Assembly: GCA_910587685.1 (NCBI GenBank)
Contig: CAJUMY010000001.1
Location: forward strand, 193,268-257,267
DNA from: an uncultured Christensenellaceae bacterium
Lineage (GTDB): Bacteria; Bacillota; Clostridia; Christensenellales; UBA3700
DNA: 64,000 nt
Direction: 5' to 3'
Made by a program: the position numbers and the translations under genes
Notes under the pieces: generated by a model
Database searches by the model: none
The model's input: only the letters and a program-made list of their open reading frames with translations
Told to the model about the DNA's origin: nothing
Part shown: positions 29,997 through 39,753 of the stretch, piece by piece
Position numbering within the stretch: position 1 is the first letter of the stretch
Layout: the number at the start of each line of letters is the position of its first letter

Positions 29997-30185
29997 ATGT
30001 CAAGAGTATGTTGCATTTGTGAAAAAGGTCAAATGACAGGAAACAAAGTCAGCCATTCTAACCGTAAGGCCAGAAGAAACTGGGGTGCTAATGTACAGAA
30101 GGTAAAACTAGACGTAAACGGTGTTGAAAAGACTCAATACGTTTGTACTAGATGCCTCCGTACAATGAGAAAGAACGAAGGTTGA
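29997..30185 (+). CDS. rpmB: 50S ribosomal protein L28
   Basis: MSRVCCICEKGQMTGNKVSHSNRKARRNW. GGAGGTG RBS. Confidence 0.95.
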   Translation: MSRVCCICEKGQMTGNKVSHSNRKARRNWGANVQKVKLDVNGVEKTQYVCTRCLRTMRKNEG

Positions 30186-30211
30186 TGATCGCAGAAATCG
30201 CAAAACAGTTA

Positions 30212-30238
30212 CCGTCGAGCTATCGACGGTATTTTTTA
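30212..30238 (+). terminator. Intrinsic terminator after rpmB
   Basis: CCGTCGA-GCTA-TCGACGG followed by TATTTTTT. Confidence 0.8.
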
Positions 30239-30282
30239 TCCTATTTTCGATTTCCAAATGCTGTATAATCGGTCTATAATAC

Positions 30283-30312
30283 AAAAAAAGAAGGCGTCGA
30301 CCTTCTTTTTAA
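30283..30312 (-). terminator. Intrinsic terminator after spoVM (hairpin flanked by A-run and T-run, possibly bidirectional)
   Basis: The minus strand reads GAAGG-TCGACG-CCTTC followed by TTTTTTTG, directly after the spoVM stop. Confidence 0.6.
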
Positions 30313-30383
30313 CCTTCCTTTACGAATAATCTTACTATTGCTTTAACGAATTTCGGCGTCTTTATAAGAATTATCTTCATCAT
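30309..30383 (-). CDS. spoVM: Stage V sporulation protein M (24-aa amphipathic peptide), absent from the ORF track
   Basis: GGGAGGG RBS, then MMKIILIKTPKFVKAIVRLFVKEG*. Compare B. subtilis SpoVM MKFYTIKLPKFLGGIVRAMLGSFRKD. Same thiN/spoVM/rpmB position as in Bacillus. Followed by a terminator. Confidence 0.8.
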   Translation of the reverse strand: MMKIILIKTPKFVKAIVRLFVKEG

Positions 30384-30391
30384 CCCTCCCG

Positions 30392-30997
30392 TCAGGAACG
30401 CAAGACGAAAACGAACGAAGCCCCTTTGTCGATAGTTATTTCGGCGCTGTCGGACACGATCACGTTCGACATACCTCTCGACGAAAGAGCGTCGAGAGTA
30501 AAATCGTTCACTTCATACTTCAGTCCTTTCATTGACATTATATGAACGTCGACGCCGAAAGGTACTAAAGAAAGCGTCTTTCCTTTACTTCCTTCGATAT
30601 GAAATCTGTCGGTAAAGTAATAAATGTCATATTTTTCAGCTATTCCTACCACTTCTATGCCTCTTTTCTTTCCGTAAACGACGAGTTTTAGATTGGTAAG
30701 TATATGATCGAGACGTCCTCCGTCGATCCCGTAAAGGTTGATATATCCGTACCCTCTCTCTATCGCAACGTCTATCGCCGCTTCGCCGTCGGTCAAGTCC
30801 TTTTCGGGATTTAATTCAATAAACTCTATTGCAGATATAGACTTGTTTGATACAGAATCTCTATCCCCTATATAGATATTCGGCGTAAATCTATCTCTGA
30901 TATGCTCGTAACCGCCGTCGGCGCATATCGTAAACAGCGAGCTGTCTATACCCTCTATATATCTTTCTCCGTTAAGAATGACGTTGCATTTATCCAT
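30392..30997 (-). CDS. thiN: Thiamine pyrophosphokinase
   Basis: CADGG...GDRDS...EKDLTDGE...GGRLDH motifs. Follows rpe. Confidence 0.88.
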   Translation of the reverse strand: MDKCNVILNGERYIEGIDSSLFTICADGGYEHIRDRFTPNIYIGDRDSVSNKSISAIEFIELNPEKDLTDGEAAIDVAIERGYGYINLYGIDGGRLDHILTNLKLVVYGKKRGIEVVGIAEKYDIYYFTDRFHIEGSKGKTLSLVPFGVDVHIMSMKGLKYEVNDFTLDALSSRGMSNVIVSDSAEITIDKGASFVFVLRS

Positions 30998-31055
30998 ATT
31001 TTTCTCCGCGATCGGTATTATCTAAATAACAAAACGCCGTCGATCCGCTACAGCG

Positions 31056-31712
31056 TCAAATTTCTCCCCTCAATTTTTTGACGGTAGCCGCGGGATCGTT
31101 AGACCTGAATACGGAACTTCCGCCGACGAGCACATTCACGCCGCTCAAGATCATAAGGGAAGCGTTCTCTTCCGTAACTCCTCCGTCGACCTCTATATCT
31201 ATAGAATATCCGTTCTTTTCGGCATACTCTCGAAGCTCCTTCATTTTAGGAAGCGCGCTTTCGATGAATTTCTGACCGCCGAACCCGGGGAAAACGCCCA
31301 TTATGACTACCATATCGAGCTTTTCCATATATGGATACGCTACGCTCACGGGAACGTCGGGATTGATAACGATGCCCGCCTTTACTCCTCGCGAGCGTAT
31401 ATAGTCGAGAAGTTTTCCGCTGTCATGGCAAGCGTCGGGATGAAACGTAACTATATCGGCTCCCGCGTCTATAAACTCCGGAACGTACTTTTCAGGTTCG
31501 ACTATCATAAGATGTACGTCGAGCGGAATATGAGTACACTTCCTAAGAGCCTTTACCATAGGCATACCGAAAGTGATATTCGGTACAAAGCGTCCGTCCA
31601 TTACGTCGCAGTGTATGTAGTCCGCGCCCCACTTCGTCGCGTCCTTAACGCTCTCGCCGAGAGCCTCGAATCTGCCTGAAAGTATTGACGGCGATATTTT
31701 TATATTATTCAT
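31056..31712 (-). CDS. rpe: Ribulose-phosphate 3-epimerase
   Basis: ISPSILS, HCDVMDGRFVPN, DVHLM, GFGGQKF, VDGG. Start set behind GGAGG. Confidence 0.95.
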   Translation of the reverse strand: MNNIKISPSILSGRFEALGESVKDATKWGADYIHCDVMDGRFVPNITFGMPMVKALRKCTHIPLDVHLMIVEPEKYVPEFIDAGADIVTFHPDACHDSGKLLDYIRSRGVKAGIVINPDVPVSVAYPYMEKLDMVVIMGVFPGFGGQKFIESALPKMKELREYAEKNGYSIDIEVDGGVTEENASLMILSGVNVLVGGSSVFRSNDPAATVKKLRGEI

Positions 31713-32583
31713 AGCGTTTCCTCCAACGTTCTTCCAAATCATTATAAAGTTTGACGTAGCGGACGTATCTTTCTTCCGAAAGCGCTCCGCTTTCGACTGC
31801 GCGTCTTACTTCGCAATCGGGTTCATTGATATGATTGCATCCCTTGAATCGGCATCTCGTCGACGCGTCCGTAAAGTCTAGAAAATATTCCGACAGTTCG
31901 TCGGGGCGCATGAGCGGAAGTTCCAATACCGAAAATCCGCAAGTATCGGCTATTCTCGTACCGTTCTCGAGTTTGAATATTTCTATATATCTAGTAGTAT
32001 GTTTGCCTCTCTGCGTCTTTCGCGACAGTTCTCCGATCTTGATATCCGCATCCGCAAGCGCGTTGATAACGGATGATTTTCCCACCGCTGACTGACCCGA
32101 AAAAGCGACGAATTTGCCCTCTATGAGTTTTCCAAGCGTATCTATACCGCGATTTTCCGTTGCCGAAACCTTAACTATATTTGCAAGCGTAGAGTAATTC
32201 CTATCGACTTCTTTCAAAAACCAAGCGTCCGCTATATCGCATTTATTCACGCATATTATCGGTTCTATTCCGTCCTTGACGCAGCCGATTAGCAGTTTGT
32301 CCACAAGAAGATAGTCGGGTTTGGGGATCGGAGCGATACATATTATTATCGCGTCGATATTGGCGACGTAAGGTCTTATGAGATTGTTGACTCTCGGAAG
32401 TATCGACGATACCGCGCCTTTGCCGTTCTTGAAAAGCTCGACTTCTACATAGTCGCCTACGTATATTTCGCCCGTGAGTTTTATACGTCCCCGCCCGTTA
32501 CATTCGACTATCTTGCCTCCGACGTCTACGTAATATATTCCGCCGTAGCCCTTAACGACCTGTCCTTTAGCCTTTTCTGCCAT
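31705..32583 (-). CDS. rsgA: Ribosome small-subunit-dependent GTPase A
   Basis: Circularly permuted GTPase (NKCD...GQSAVGKSS) with a C-terminal zinc knuckle CRFKGCNHINEPDC. Confidence 0.93.
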   Translation of the reverse strand: MAEKAKGQVVKGYGGIYYVDVGGKIVECNGRGRIKLTGEIYVGDYVEVELFKNGKGAVSSILPRVNNLIRPYVANIDAIIICIAPIPKPDYLLVDKLLIGCVKDGIEPIICVNKCDIADAWFLKEVDRNYSTLANIVKVSATENRGIDTLGKLIEGKFVAFSGQSAVGKSSVINALADADIKIGELSRKTQRGKHTTRYIEIFKLENGTRIADTCGFSVLELPLMRPDELSEYFLDFTDASTRCRFKGCNHINEPDCEVRRAVESGALSEERYVRYVKLYNDLEERWRKRYE

Positions 32584-33628
32584 CAGCGCCCTCCGAAATA
32601 TATCTGCGTCTCAGCTGTCCGCATGCTCCCTCTATATCGCCGCCCATCGAGCGTCTCAAAGTGCACGAAACGCCCTCGGAGCTCAAAATGTCCATAAACT
32701 CCTTGACGTTGTCCTTAGACGAAGAGCGTAAATTCCGCTCTTTTACGTAGTTAAGATTGATTATATTTATATGGCAGGTGAGCCCTCTCACGAGTTTGAC
32801 AAGCTCGAGAGCGCAGGCTCTCGAATCGTTGACTCCCTCTATCATAGAGTATTCGAATATGATGCGTCTCCCCGTTTTGTCAAAATAGTATTTAGCCGCC
32901 TTTACGAGTTCTTCTATCTTGAACGCTTTATTGACGGGCATTATCTTATTCCTTATCCCGTTATTCGGCGCGTGCAACGATATCGTCAGAGTAACGCCGT
33001 ATCCTTCGTCGGCGAAGCGGTATATCTTATCCGCAAGACCCGAAGTAGAAAGAGATATATTCCTTTTACTGATATTGATACCTCTTTCGTCGCTTACGAG
33101 ACGCAAAAACTTAGTTACGTTATCGTAGTTATCAAACGGCTCTCCGCTTCCCATAAGTACGATGTTGGTAACGCTCCTTTTATCAGTATCTTCGGCGGCG
33201 TCTCTATTGACTTTCAAAATCTGAGAAAGTATCTCTCCCGCCGTTAGATCTCTTATCAGTCCGTCAAGTCCCGAAGCGCAGAACGAACAGTTCATTCTGC
33301 AACCGACCTGCGTAGACACGCATATCGTGTTGCCGTATCTATACTTCATAAAGACGCCTTCTATGACGTTGCCGTCTATGAGCCTAAAGATATACTTTCT
33401 CGTGCCGTCGCGTTCCGAAACGAGACTCTTCACTATTTCAACGCCGCAAGATACGTATTTCTCTTCAAGACGCGAAACGAGCGACTTGGGAAGATTAGTC
33501 ATCTCGCATATCTCTTTCCCTTGATAAACGCCTTCGAATATCTGTTTCGCTCTGAAGCGTTTTTCTCCGAGTTTTTCGACGATATCTTCTATTTCCTCGA
33601 ATGAGTAGTCCGCAAGTATCTTTTTCAT
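32567..33628 (-). CDS. rlmN: 23S rRNA/tRNA (adenine-C2)-methyltransferase, radical SAM
   Basis: VSTQVGCRMNCSFCASG radical-SAM motif and C-terminal GGDIEGACGQL. Confidence 0.95.
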   Translation of the reverse strand: MKKILADYSFEEIEDIVEKLGEKRFRAKQIFEGVYQGKEICEMTNLPKSLVSRLEEKYVSCGVEIVKSLVSERDGTRKYIFRLIDGNVIEGVFMKYRYGNTICVSTQVGCRMNCSFCASGLDGLIRDLTAGEILSQILKVNRDAAEDTDKRSVTNIVLMGSGEPFDNYDNVTKFLRLVSDERGINISKRNISLSTSGLADKIYRFADEGYGVTLTISLHAPNNGIRNKIMPVNKAFKIEELVKAAKYYFDKTGRRIIFEYSMIEGVNDSRACALELVKLVRGLTCHINIINLNYVKERNLRSSSKDNVKEFMDILSSEGVSCTLRRSMGGDIEGACGQLRRRYISEGADGRKG

Positions 33629-34893
33629 CTCTTCCTCAATTTCGCGACGAAAAATCCGTCGGCGCCGTAAGTATTCGTAGGAAGTATCTGAATACTTCCG
33701 TTATTTTCAATATCGAGCCCTTCTATCTTCTCGAGAAAAATATCGTTCCTCTCTTTGAGAAGTCTTCCTACGATATTGTAATTTTCTTTCCTAAGTATCG
33801 TACACGTAGAATATATTATCGCGCCGCCGCTCTTAGCATACTCTATCGCGTTATTCAATATCGCGTACTGAATATTAGACAGCGACTCTATATCTTCCGG
33901 AGTTTTACCGAGAAGAACGTCGCCCTTTTTGTGCATGACGCCGAGGCCGCTGCACGGAACGTCCGCCAAGACCTTATCGAACTTTCCCATCCAAGCCGCG
34001 TTTAGAAGCGTAGCGTCGAAGAGCGTAACTTCAAGCCTTGCTCCCATTCGCCTAGCGTAACTCTTTATGAGCTCCGCTCTGTGCTCGTGCAGTTCGTTAG
34101 CGGTGACCGAGACGTCTTTAGCTATCTCTTCTATATATACCGCCTTTCCGCCCGGCGCGGAACAAAGATCCAAAACGACGTCGCCTTCTTCTACGCCCAT
34201 CGCCTGAACGCACATAACGGACGACTTCCCCTGTATCGTAATGCTCCCTTTATCAAACAGTTTCCTTATATATTCGCAGTTATCGACGAACGCTCCGCCG
34301 ACGCCGCTTTCGATATACCGTATCTTTTTCTCTCTTAGCTTTGCAGTCAGTTCGTCGTAGCTCATCCTTCTCGTATTCGGACGAACGTGCTCTCTAGTAT
34401 CGCCTTCGTAGCTCATTATTTTGACCGCTTCTTCGCGTCCGTACTGTTTTATAAGCGACTTGACGAGCCAAAGCGGTTTGCTCAGCGTTACGGAAAGAGA
34501 CTCATATTCTCTTGTCGGGAGTTTCACTCCTTCGTCTATGAATCTCTTCAAGACGGCGTTGACGAATCCCGTATACTCGCGTCTGTTTATATGACGGCAT
34601 AGATCGACCGCGTTATCCACAGCCGCATAGTTTGGAATATTATCCATATATACAATACAGTATATAGCTATCTTTATGATGAGCCGAGCGTCGCTCTTTA
34701 CCGATTTTCTCGAAAGAGCATCAACGTAATAGTCGAGTTCGACGTCTCTGTCGAGCACGCCGTAGACTATCCTAACTATCCTGTCCTTTTTCTCAACGTT
34801 TTCAAGCGAACGCGTTATCTCTATAGAAGAATACGCGCCCTTGAAATATATGTTGGAAAGTATTCCGTAACTCAGCGCTATATCCCTATTCAC
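33625..34893 (-). CDS. rsmB: 16S rRNA (cytosine967-C5)-methyltransferase
   Basis: NusB-like N-terminus, DLCSAPGGK, DVPCSGLG, YSTCT motifs. Confidence 0.9.
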   Translation of the reverse strand: MNRDIALSYGILSNIYFKGAYSSIEITRSLENVEKKDRIVRIVYGVLDRDVELDYYVDALSRKSVKSDARLIIKIAIYCIVYMDNIPNYAAVDNAVDLCRHINRREYTGFVNAVLKRFIDEGVKLPTREYESLSVTLSKPLWLVKSLIKQYGREEAVKIMSYEGDTREHVRPNTRRMSYDELTAKLREKKIRYIESGVGGAFVDNCEYIRKLFDKGSITIQGKSSVMCVQAMGVEEGDVVLDLCSAPGGKAVYIEEIAKDVSVTANELHEHRAELIKSYARRMGARLEVTLFDATLLNAAWMGKFDKVLADVPCSGLGVMHKKGDVLLGKTPEDIESLSNIQYAILNNAIEYAKSGGAIIYSTCTILRKENYNIVGRLLKERNDIFLEKIEGLDIENNGSIQILPTNTYGADGFFVAKLRKR

Positions 34894-35885
34894 TTATTCT
34901 CTCCGCCGAGCGTCTCTCCCTCTTCAACGCCGTGTCCTCTCAAATAATCAGTCGCCTTCATTCTCTTTCCGCCGGGGAGCTGTATTTCGTCAATGGAAAT
35001 AACTGCGTCTTTTACCCGAACGAGCAGTCCTCTCTTCGTATCCGCGGCAACGATCTGACCGCACGACGCTTTTTCTATATTTTCGATACCGTCGAATAAC
35101 ATACCGCCGTTTCCTTCGCTCGAACCGTCTATGGAGCACACCTTACTCACCGAGAACACCTTCATGCTCTCACCGTTCATGTAAGTATAAGCCGACGGCC
35201 ACGGCGTCATTCCTCTGACAAAACAATCGAGCTCTGAGTACGTCGTTGAAAAATCGATTATCCCGTCCTCTTTTTTCAGCATAGGATAATAGCTCGCCTT
35301 AGAGCTATCCTGCGGCGTGTATACAGCTTCGCCTCTATCTATAAGGTCTATACCTTCTATGAGCGCCGAAGCTCCGAGATGAGAAAGCCTTTCGAACAGT
35401 TCGCCCGCCGTCTCTTTTTCATATATATCGGTACGCTTTTGGAGCAAAATATCTCCGCTGTCCACTTCGTACTCCGTTCTCATTATGGATATTCCCGTCT
35501 CTCTCTCGCCCGTCAAAATAGCTCGCTGTATCGGAGACGAACCTCTAAACAGCGGAAGGAGCGACGCGTGAACGTTGATTATCCCGTATTTTGGAATAGA
35601 TAGTATCTCCCTTGACAGTATCTGTCCAAAAGCGCACGTAACCATAACGTCGGGCTCGAGTTTCCTAATATCTTCTACGCCCTCTCGGCTTATCCTTTCG
35701 TACTGATACACCTTGAGAGAGAGCTTCAACGCCAGTTCTTTAACGGGAGAAAAAGTAACTTTGTTATTCCTTCCTCTCACTCTGTCGGGTTGCGTCACGA
35801 CGCCGACTATCTCGTGCTTCGTCTTTGCAAGAGCCTCTAAAGACGGGATCGCGAAGTCGGGCGTACCCAAAAACAGTATCCTCAT
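34890..35885 (-). CDS. fmt: Methionyl-tRNA formyltransferase
   Basis: MRILFLGTPDFA, NVHASLLPLFRGSSPIQ. Confidence 0.95.
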   Translation of the reverse strand: MRILFLGTPDFAIPSLEALAKTKHEIVGVVTQPDRVRGRNNKVTFSPVKELALKLSLKVYQYERISREGVEDIRKLEPDVMVTCAFGQILSREILSIPKYGIINVHASLLPLFRGSSPIQRAILTGERETGISIMRTEYEVDSGDILLQKRTDIYEKETAGELFERLSHLGASALIEGIDLIDRGEAVYTPQDSSKASYYPMLKKEDGIIDFSTTYSELDCFVRGMTPWPSAYTYMNGESMKVFSVSKVCSIDGSSEGNGGMLFDGIENIEKASCGQIVAADTKRGLLVRVKDAVISIDEIQLPGGKRMKATDYLRGHGVEEGETLGGENK

Positions 35886-36346
35886 CTTCTACCTCTTTTC
35901 CCGTCGCTGTACTCTTTGTCGTAGAAGAGTATCCCGTCAAGATGATCTATTTCGTGACAGCACGCCTTAGCGGCGAAATTCTCCACTTCTTTTATATGTT
36001 TCTCTCCGTATCTGTCAAAATATTCGACCTTTATATAAGTAGGACGATCTACGAGACAGCTCCTGTTCTTAACGGAAAGACACGCCTCTCCGCTTATCTG
36101 ACTGCCGCTCGCCTCGAGTATAACGGGATTCATCATCTCTATGAAGAAGTCGCCCGTCTCCACGATACAAGCGCGTCTCAATATCCCGACCTGCGGAGCT
36201 GCGAGTCCGCAACCGTCCGCTTTATGCATCGTCTCGCGCATATCGTCGAGAAGTTTATGAAGTTTTTCATCGAACGAGACCACTTCTCTCGATATTTTCC
36301 TAAGTTGGGGGTCGCTGTCCGTAACTATATTTCTTATCGCCATCAT
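35882..36346 (-). CDS. def: Peptide deformylase
   Basis: GCGLAAPQVG, EACLS, HEIDHL metal-binding motifs. Confidence 0.95.
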   Translation of the reverse strand: MMAIRNIVTDSDPQLRKISREVVSFDEKLHKLLDDMRETMHKADGCGLAAPQVGILRRACIVETGDFFIEMMNPVILEASGSQISGEACLSVKNRSCLVDRPTYIKVEYFDRYGEKHIKEVENFAAKACCHEIDHLDGILFYDKEYSDGKRGRR

Positions 36347-36376
36347 CTATCTCCTTATAACGTCGTTATATCCTTG

Positions 36377-38575
36377 TCAGTTCATATTCTGCGGATTGAT
36401 CTCAAGGAACGTCCACACGTTCTTTCTTATATTATCGTCGAGTATTCCGTTGATCTTTCCTATAATAGCGTCGGCTCTTTCGGGAATAAGACGCATTATT
36501 ATCTGATATCGGAATTTATTTTCTATCCTCTTTACAGGCGCCTTCATCGCCTGCAGATACACGAAGTCCTTTTTGAACTCGAACGCGACCTCTTTGACCG
36601 CAGTATAAATATTCTTGGCAGTATCGACGACAGCCTTTTCGTCGAGAGAGGTCATGAGTATCCTCGCTATCTTCGTATACGGAGGGAATTTCGTTATCTC
36701 CCGCGTATTGTTCTCTTTTTCGAAAAAGCCCTTGTAGTTATACGTCTCGGCGTATCGGAAAACGTAATGTTTCGGCGAAAACGTCTGGAGCATAACTTCT
36801 CCCTGCTTATCGCTTCTGCCAGCTCTTCCCGCTACCTGCGTCACCAGCTGAAACGTCCTCTCCGCGCTCCTATAGTCGGAAAAGTAAAGACTCATATCGG
36901 CGTCGAGTATCCCGACGAGCGTCACGTTCGGAAAGTCGTGTCCTTTCGCTATCATCTGCGTACCGACGAGTATATCCGCCTCTCTCGATCTGAACGCTCC
37001 CAGTATATCGAGATACGCCGTCTTCGTCGCCGTCGTGTCGTTATCCATTCTCAGAACCGTAGCGTCGGGCAAAAACTCGCGTATTTCGTTAACTACTCGC
37101 TCCGTACCTATTTTGCCGTGCCTGAGTTCCGTATTTCCGCACTCGGGACACTCGGTGAGCATCTTGTATCGTCTGCCGCAGTAGTGGCATTTAAGCATAT
37201 TGTCGTCGATGTGATACGTGAGAGACACGTCGCAATCTTCGCACTTGGCGACGTATCCGCACTTTTTGCACATAACGAAAGACGAATATCCGCGCCTGTT
37301 GAGAAAGATTATCGCCTGATTGCCGTTATTGACGGTCTCGGTAAGTTTATCTTTGAGTTTTCTTGAAAATATGCCGATATTCCCTTCCATTATCTCTTTC
37401 GACATATCTATTATCTCAAGTTTCGGCATCTCTTTGGCGTTGACTCTCTTGTCCAGAGTAACGAGTCCGTAAACGCCGTCCTTCGCGCTCTTGTACGTCT
37501 CTATCGACGGAGTAGCGCTGCCGATAACGACTTTAGCGCCGTTGTATCTTCCTCTGAACTCCGCGACGTCTATCGTCTGATATCGCGGATTGGTCTCGCT
37601 GATATAACTGGCGTCGTGTTCCTCGTCGATAATGATCACGCCGACGTTTTGAAGCGGCGCAAAAACCGCAGATCTCGCGCCAACGGCTATCCTTGCGTCT
37701 CCCGACAAGAGCCGCCTCCACTCGTCGTACTTCTCCCCTTGAGTAAGTCCGCTGTGAAGCATAGCCACAGTATCGCCGAAACGTCCTCTGAATAACCTGA
37801 GCATTTGCGGCGTCAGCGATATTTCGGGAACGAGCATGATCGCGCTTTTTCCGCTATCGAGCGTCTCTTCTATAAGATTCATATATATTTCCGTCTTGCC
37901 GCTTCCCGTAACGCCGTGAAGCAAAACAACGGAGCGATCGTCGTTTTTTATTTGAGCGAGAGCGTCGCTTTGCGCTTTAGTGAGAGTAACTCTGCCGTTA
38001 TGAGAATCGAGTTTTTCATAAGGCTTGCGGTAATTCGAAACGGAACTCTTTACGATAATACCCTGATCGAGAAGCGCCTTGATCGCCGACGCCGAATACT
38101 CCGTTCCGAGCACCTTCATCTCCTCGCTGCCGTTTCTCAATCGCTCTATTATCTCGAGCCTGCTCTTCGCCCTTTTCGGAACCGTTCTTCGTATCTCTTC
38201 TTCGCTTACGCCCTCTCTCAGCGAAAGATAGAACTTTCTCGATTCCTTTATCTTTCCGCCGCGCATACCGCTCGGAATACAAAGTCTCAAAACGTCGATA
38301 AAGCGAACGTGATATTTTTCCCGCATAAAACCTATAAGTTCTATCATTTCGGGAGTGATCGCGGTAAATGCGTCGAGACGCGAAATTATACTTTTCAGCG
38401 TATACTTTGACGACGACGTCTCGGCTTTTTCTATGACAAAACCCTCTATCACACGGTTTGCGAAGGGAACGGATACTCTGTCCCCGACACCAACGGCTAG
38501 CGACGAGGGTATCTCGTAATCGAATACGTTATCTATCTCCGACGTGGATATATCAACTATTACCTTCGCTATCAT
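36377..38575 (-). CDS. priA: Primosomal protein N' (replication restart helicase)
   Basis: GVTGSGKTE, DEEHD, Cys-rich zinc region CKKCG...CEDC...CHYCG...CPECG. Confidence 0.95.
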   Translation of the reverse strand: MIAKVIVDISTSEIDNVFDYEIPSSLAVGVGDRVSVPFANRVIEGFVIEKAETSSSKYTLKSIISRLDAFTAITPEMIELIGFMREKYHVRFIDVLRLCIPSGMRGGKIKESRKFYLSLREGVSEEEIRRTVPKRAKSRLEIIERLRNGSEEMKVLGTEYSASAIKALLDQGIIVKSSVSNYRKPYEKLDSHNGRVTLTKAQSDALAQIKNDDRSVVLLHGVTGSGKTEIYMNLIEETLDSGKSAIMLVPEISLTPQMLRLFRGRFGDTVAMLHSGLTQGEKYDEWRRLLSGDARIAVGARSAVFAPLQNVGVIIIDEEHDASYISETNPRYQTIDVAEFRGRYNGAKVVIGSATPSIETYKSAKDGVYGLVTLDKRVNAKEMPKLEIIDMSKEIMEGNIGIFSRKLKDKLTETVNNGNQAIIFLNRRGYSSFVMCKKCGYVAKCEDCDVSLTYHIDDNMLKCHYCGRRYKMLTECPECGNTELRHGKIGTERVVNEIREFLPDATVLRMDNDTTATKTAYLDILGAFRSREADILVGTQMIAKGHDFPNVTLVGILDADMSLYFSDYRSAERTFQLVTQVAGRAGRSDKQGEVMLQTFSPKHYVFRYAETYNYKGFFEKENNTREITKFPPYTKIARILMTSLDEKAVVDTAKNIYTAVKEVAFEFKKDFVYLQAMKAPVKRIENKFRYQIIMRLIPERADAIIGKINGILDDNIRKNVWTFLEINPQNMN

Positions 38576-39753
38576 TTCAGTGAAATCATTTCGTCGACAA
38601 TGACCTTCGCAGTCTCGCGTTTCGTCATTATCGGATAATCTTTTCTCGTATCGCCGCCCTTTATTATCGTTACGATATTCGTATCGACGTCAAAACCGGC
38701 GCCCTCTTTCGTAACGTCGTTAGCGACTACCATATCGGCGTTCTTTTTGATGAGCTTCTTGCCTGCGTTCTCGATGAGAGAGCTCGTCTCCGCGCAGAAT
38801 ATGACGAGCTTTCTCCCGCCCTTATTTTCGCCGACCATTTTCGCGATATCGGGATTCTTCTCAAGCGAAAGCTCGAGCCTGTCGCCCTTTATCTTCTCTT
38901 TTCCTGCGTTTTTGACCTTATAGTCGGCAGGCGCCGCGGCTTTAACTATATAATCCGCGCCGTCCATATTTGCGGCTACCGCATCGTACATATCCGTAGT
39001 GGTCTTGACGGGAACGACGGAAGCTATATAGCTCGGAAAATCCACTCCGACTCTTCCTCTTACAACGACGACGTCGGCTCCTCTCAGCCTCGCCTCTCTC
39101 GCTATCTCAAGTCCCATCTTGCCACTGCTTCTGTTAGTTATGCACCTGACGCCGTCTATAGGCTCTTCGGTGCCTCCCGCAGTAACGAGAACTCTCTTGC
39201 CGACGAGATCCTTTTTGTCGTAAAGAAGTCTTTCTATCTCGAAGAGTATCCTATCGACGCTCGCAAGTTTTCCGCTTCCTGTATCGCCGCATGCGAGTCT
39301 GCCTATTTCCGTATCGATAAAGTTATAGCCGTACGCCTCGAGCGTCTCGATATTATGCTTGACGATAGGATTTTCATACATATTCGTATTCATCGCGGGA
39401 GCAATGAGAACGGGCGCCTTAGTCGCCATAACGGTCGTAGTGAGCATATCGTCGGCTATGCCCGAAGCTATCTTTCCTATAACGTTCGCAGTAGCCGGAA
39501 CAATGACGAAAACGTCCGCTTTCTTAGCAAGCGAAATGTGTTCGACCTCCCACGGTCTTTCCCTATCGAATGTGTCTTTAGTCACCGGATTGCCCGATAA
39601 CGTTTCGAAAGTAAGCGGCGATACGAACTCCGTCGCGTTCTTCGTCATGATAACGTCGACGTTGATACCGAGTTTCTTAAGTCCCGAAACTATATCGCAT
39701 GCCTTATAACAAGCTATTCCTCCGCATACTCCGAGCACAACGTTCTTACCCAT
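38572..39753 (-). CDS. coaBC: Bifunctional phosphopantothenoylcysteine decarboxylase / phosphopantothenate-cysteine ligase
   Basis: Flavoprotein N-domain (GVCGGIACYK, PAMNTNM) plus DFP C-domain (ITNRSSGKMG). Confidence 0.93.
   Translation of the reverse strand: MGKNVVLGVCGGIACYKACDIVSGLKKLGINVDVIMTKNATEFVSPLTFETLSGNPVTKDTFDRERPWEVEHISLAKKADVFVIVPATANVIGKIASGIADDMLTTTVMATKAPVLIAPAMNTNMYENPIVKHNIETLEAYGYNFIDTEIGRLACGDTGSGKLASVDRILFEIERLLYDKKDLVGKRVLVTAGGTEEPIDGVRCITNRSSGKMGLEIAREARLRGADVVVVRGRVGVDFPSYIASVVPVKTTTDMYDAVAANMDGADYIVKAAAPADYKVKNAGKEKIKGDRLELSLEKNPDIAKMVGENKGGRKLVIFCAETSSLIENAGKKLIKKNADMVVANDVTKEGAGFDVDTNIVTIIKGGDTRKDYPIMTKRETAKVIVDEMISLK

Noticed and set aside
35825-37366. 513-aa plus-strand ORF, with similar long ORFs at 41811-42797, 43861-44946, 54283-55719 and 57805-59256.
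   Set aside because: All lie exactly antisense to confidently identified genes (def/priA, the AIR-synthase-like gene, ligA, the giant protein). Their translations are low-complexity and Arg/Ser/Leu/Tyr-rich with no motifs. They exist because the sense strands rarely use TTA/CTA/TCA codons.
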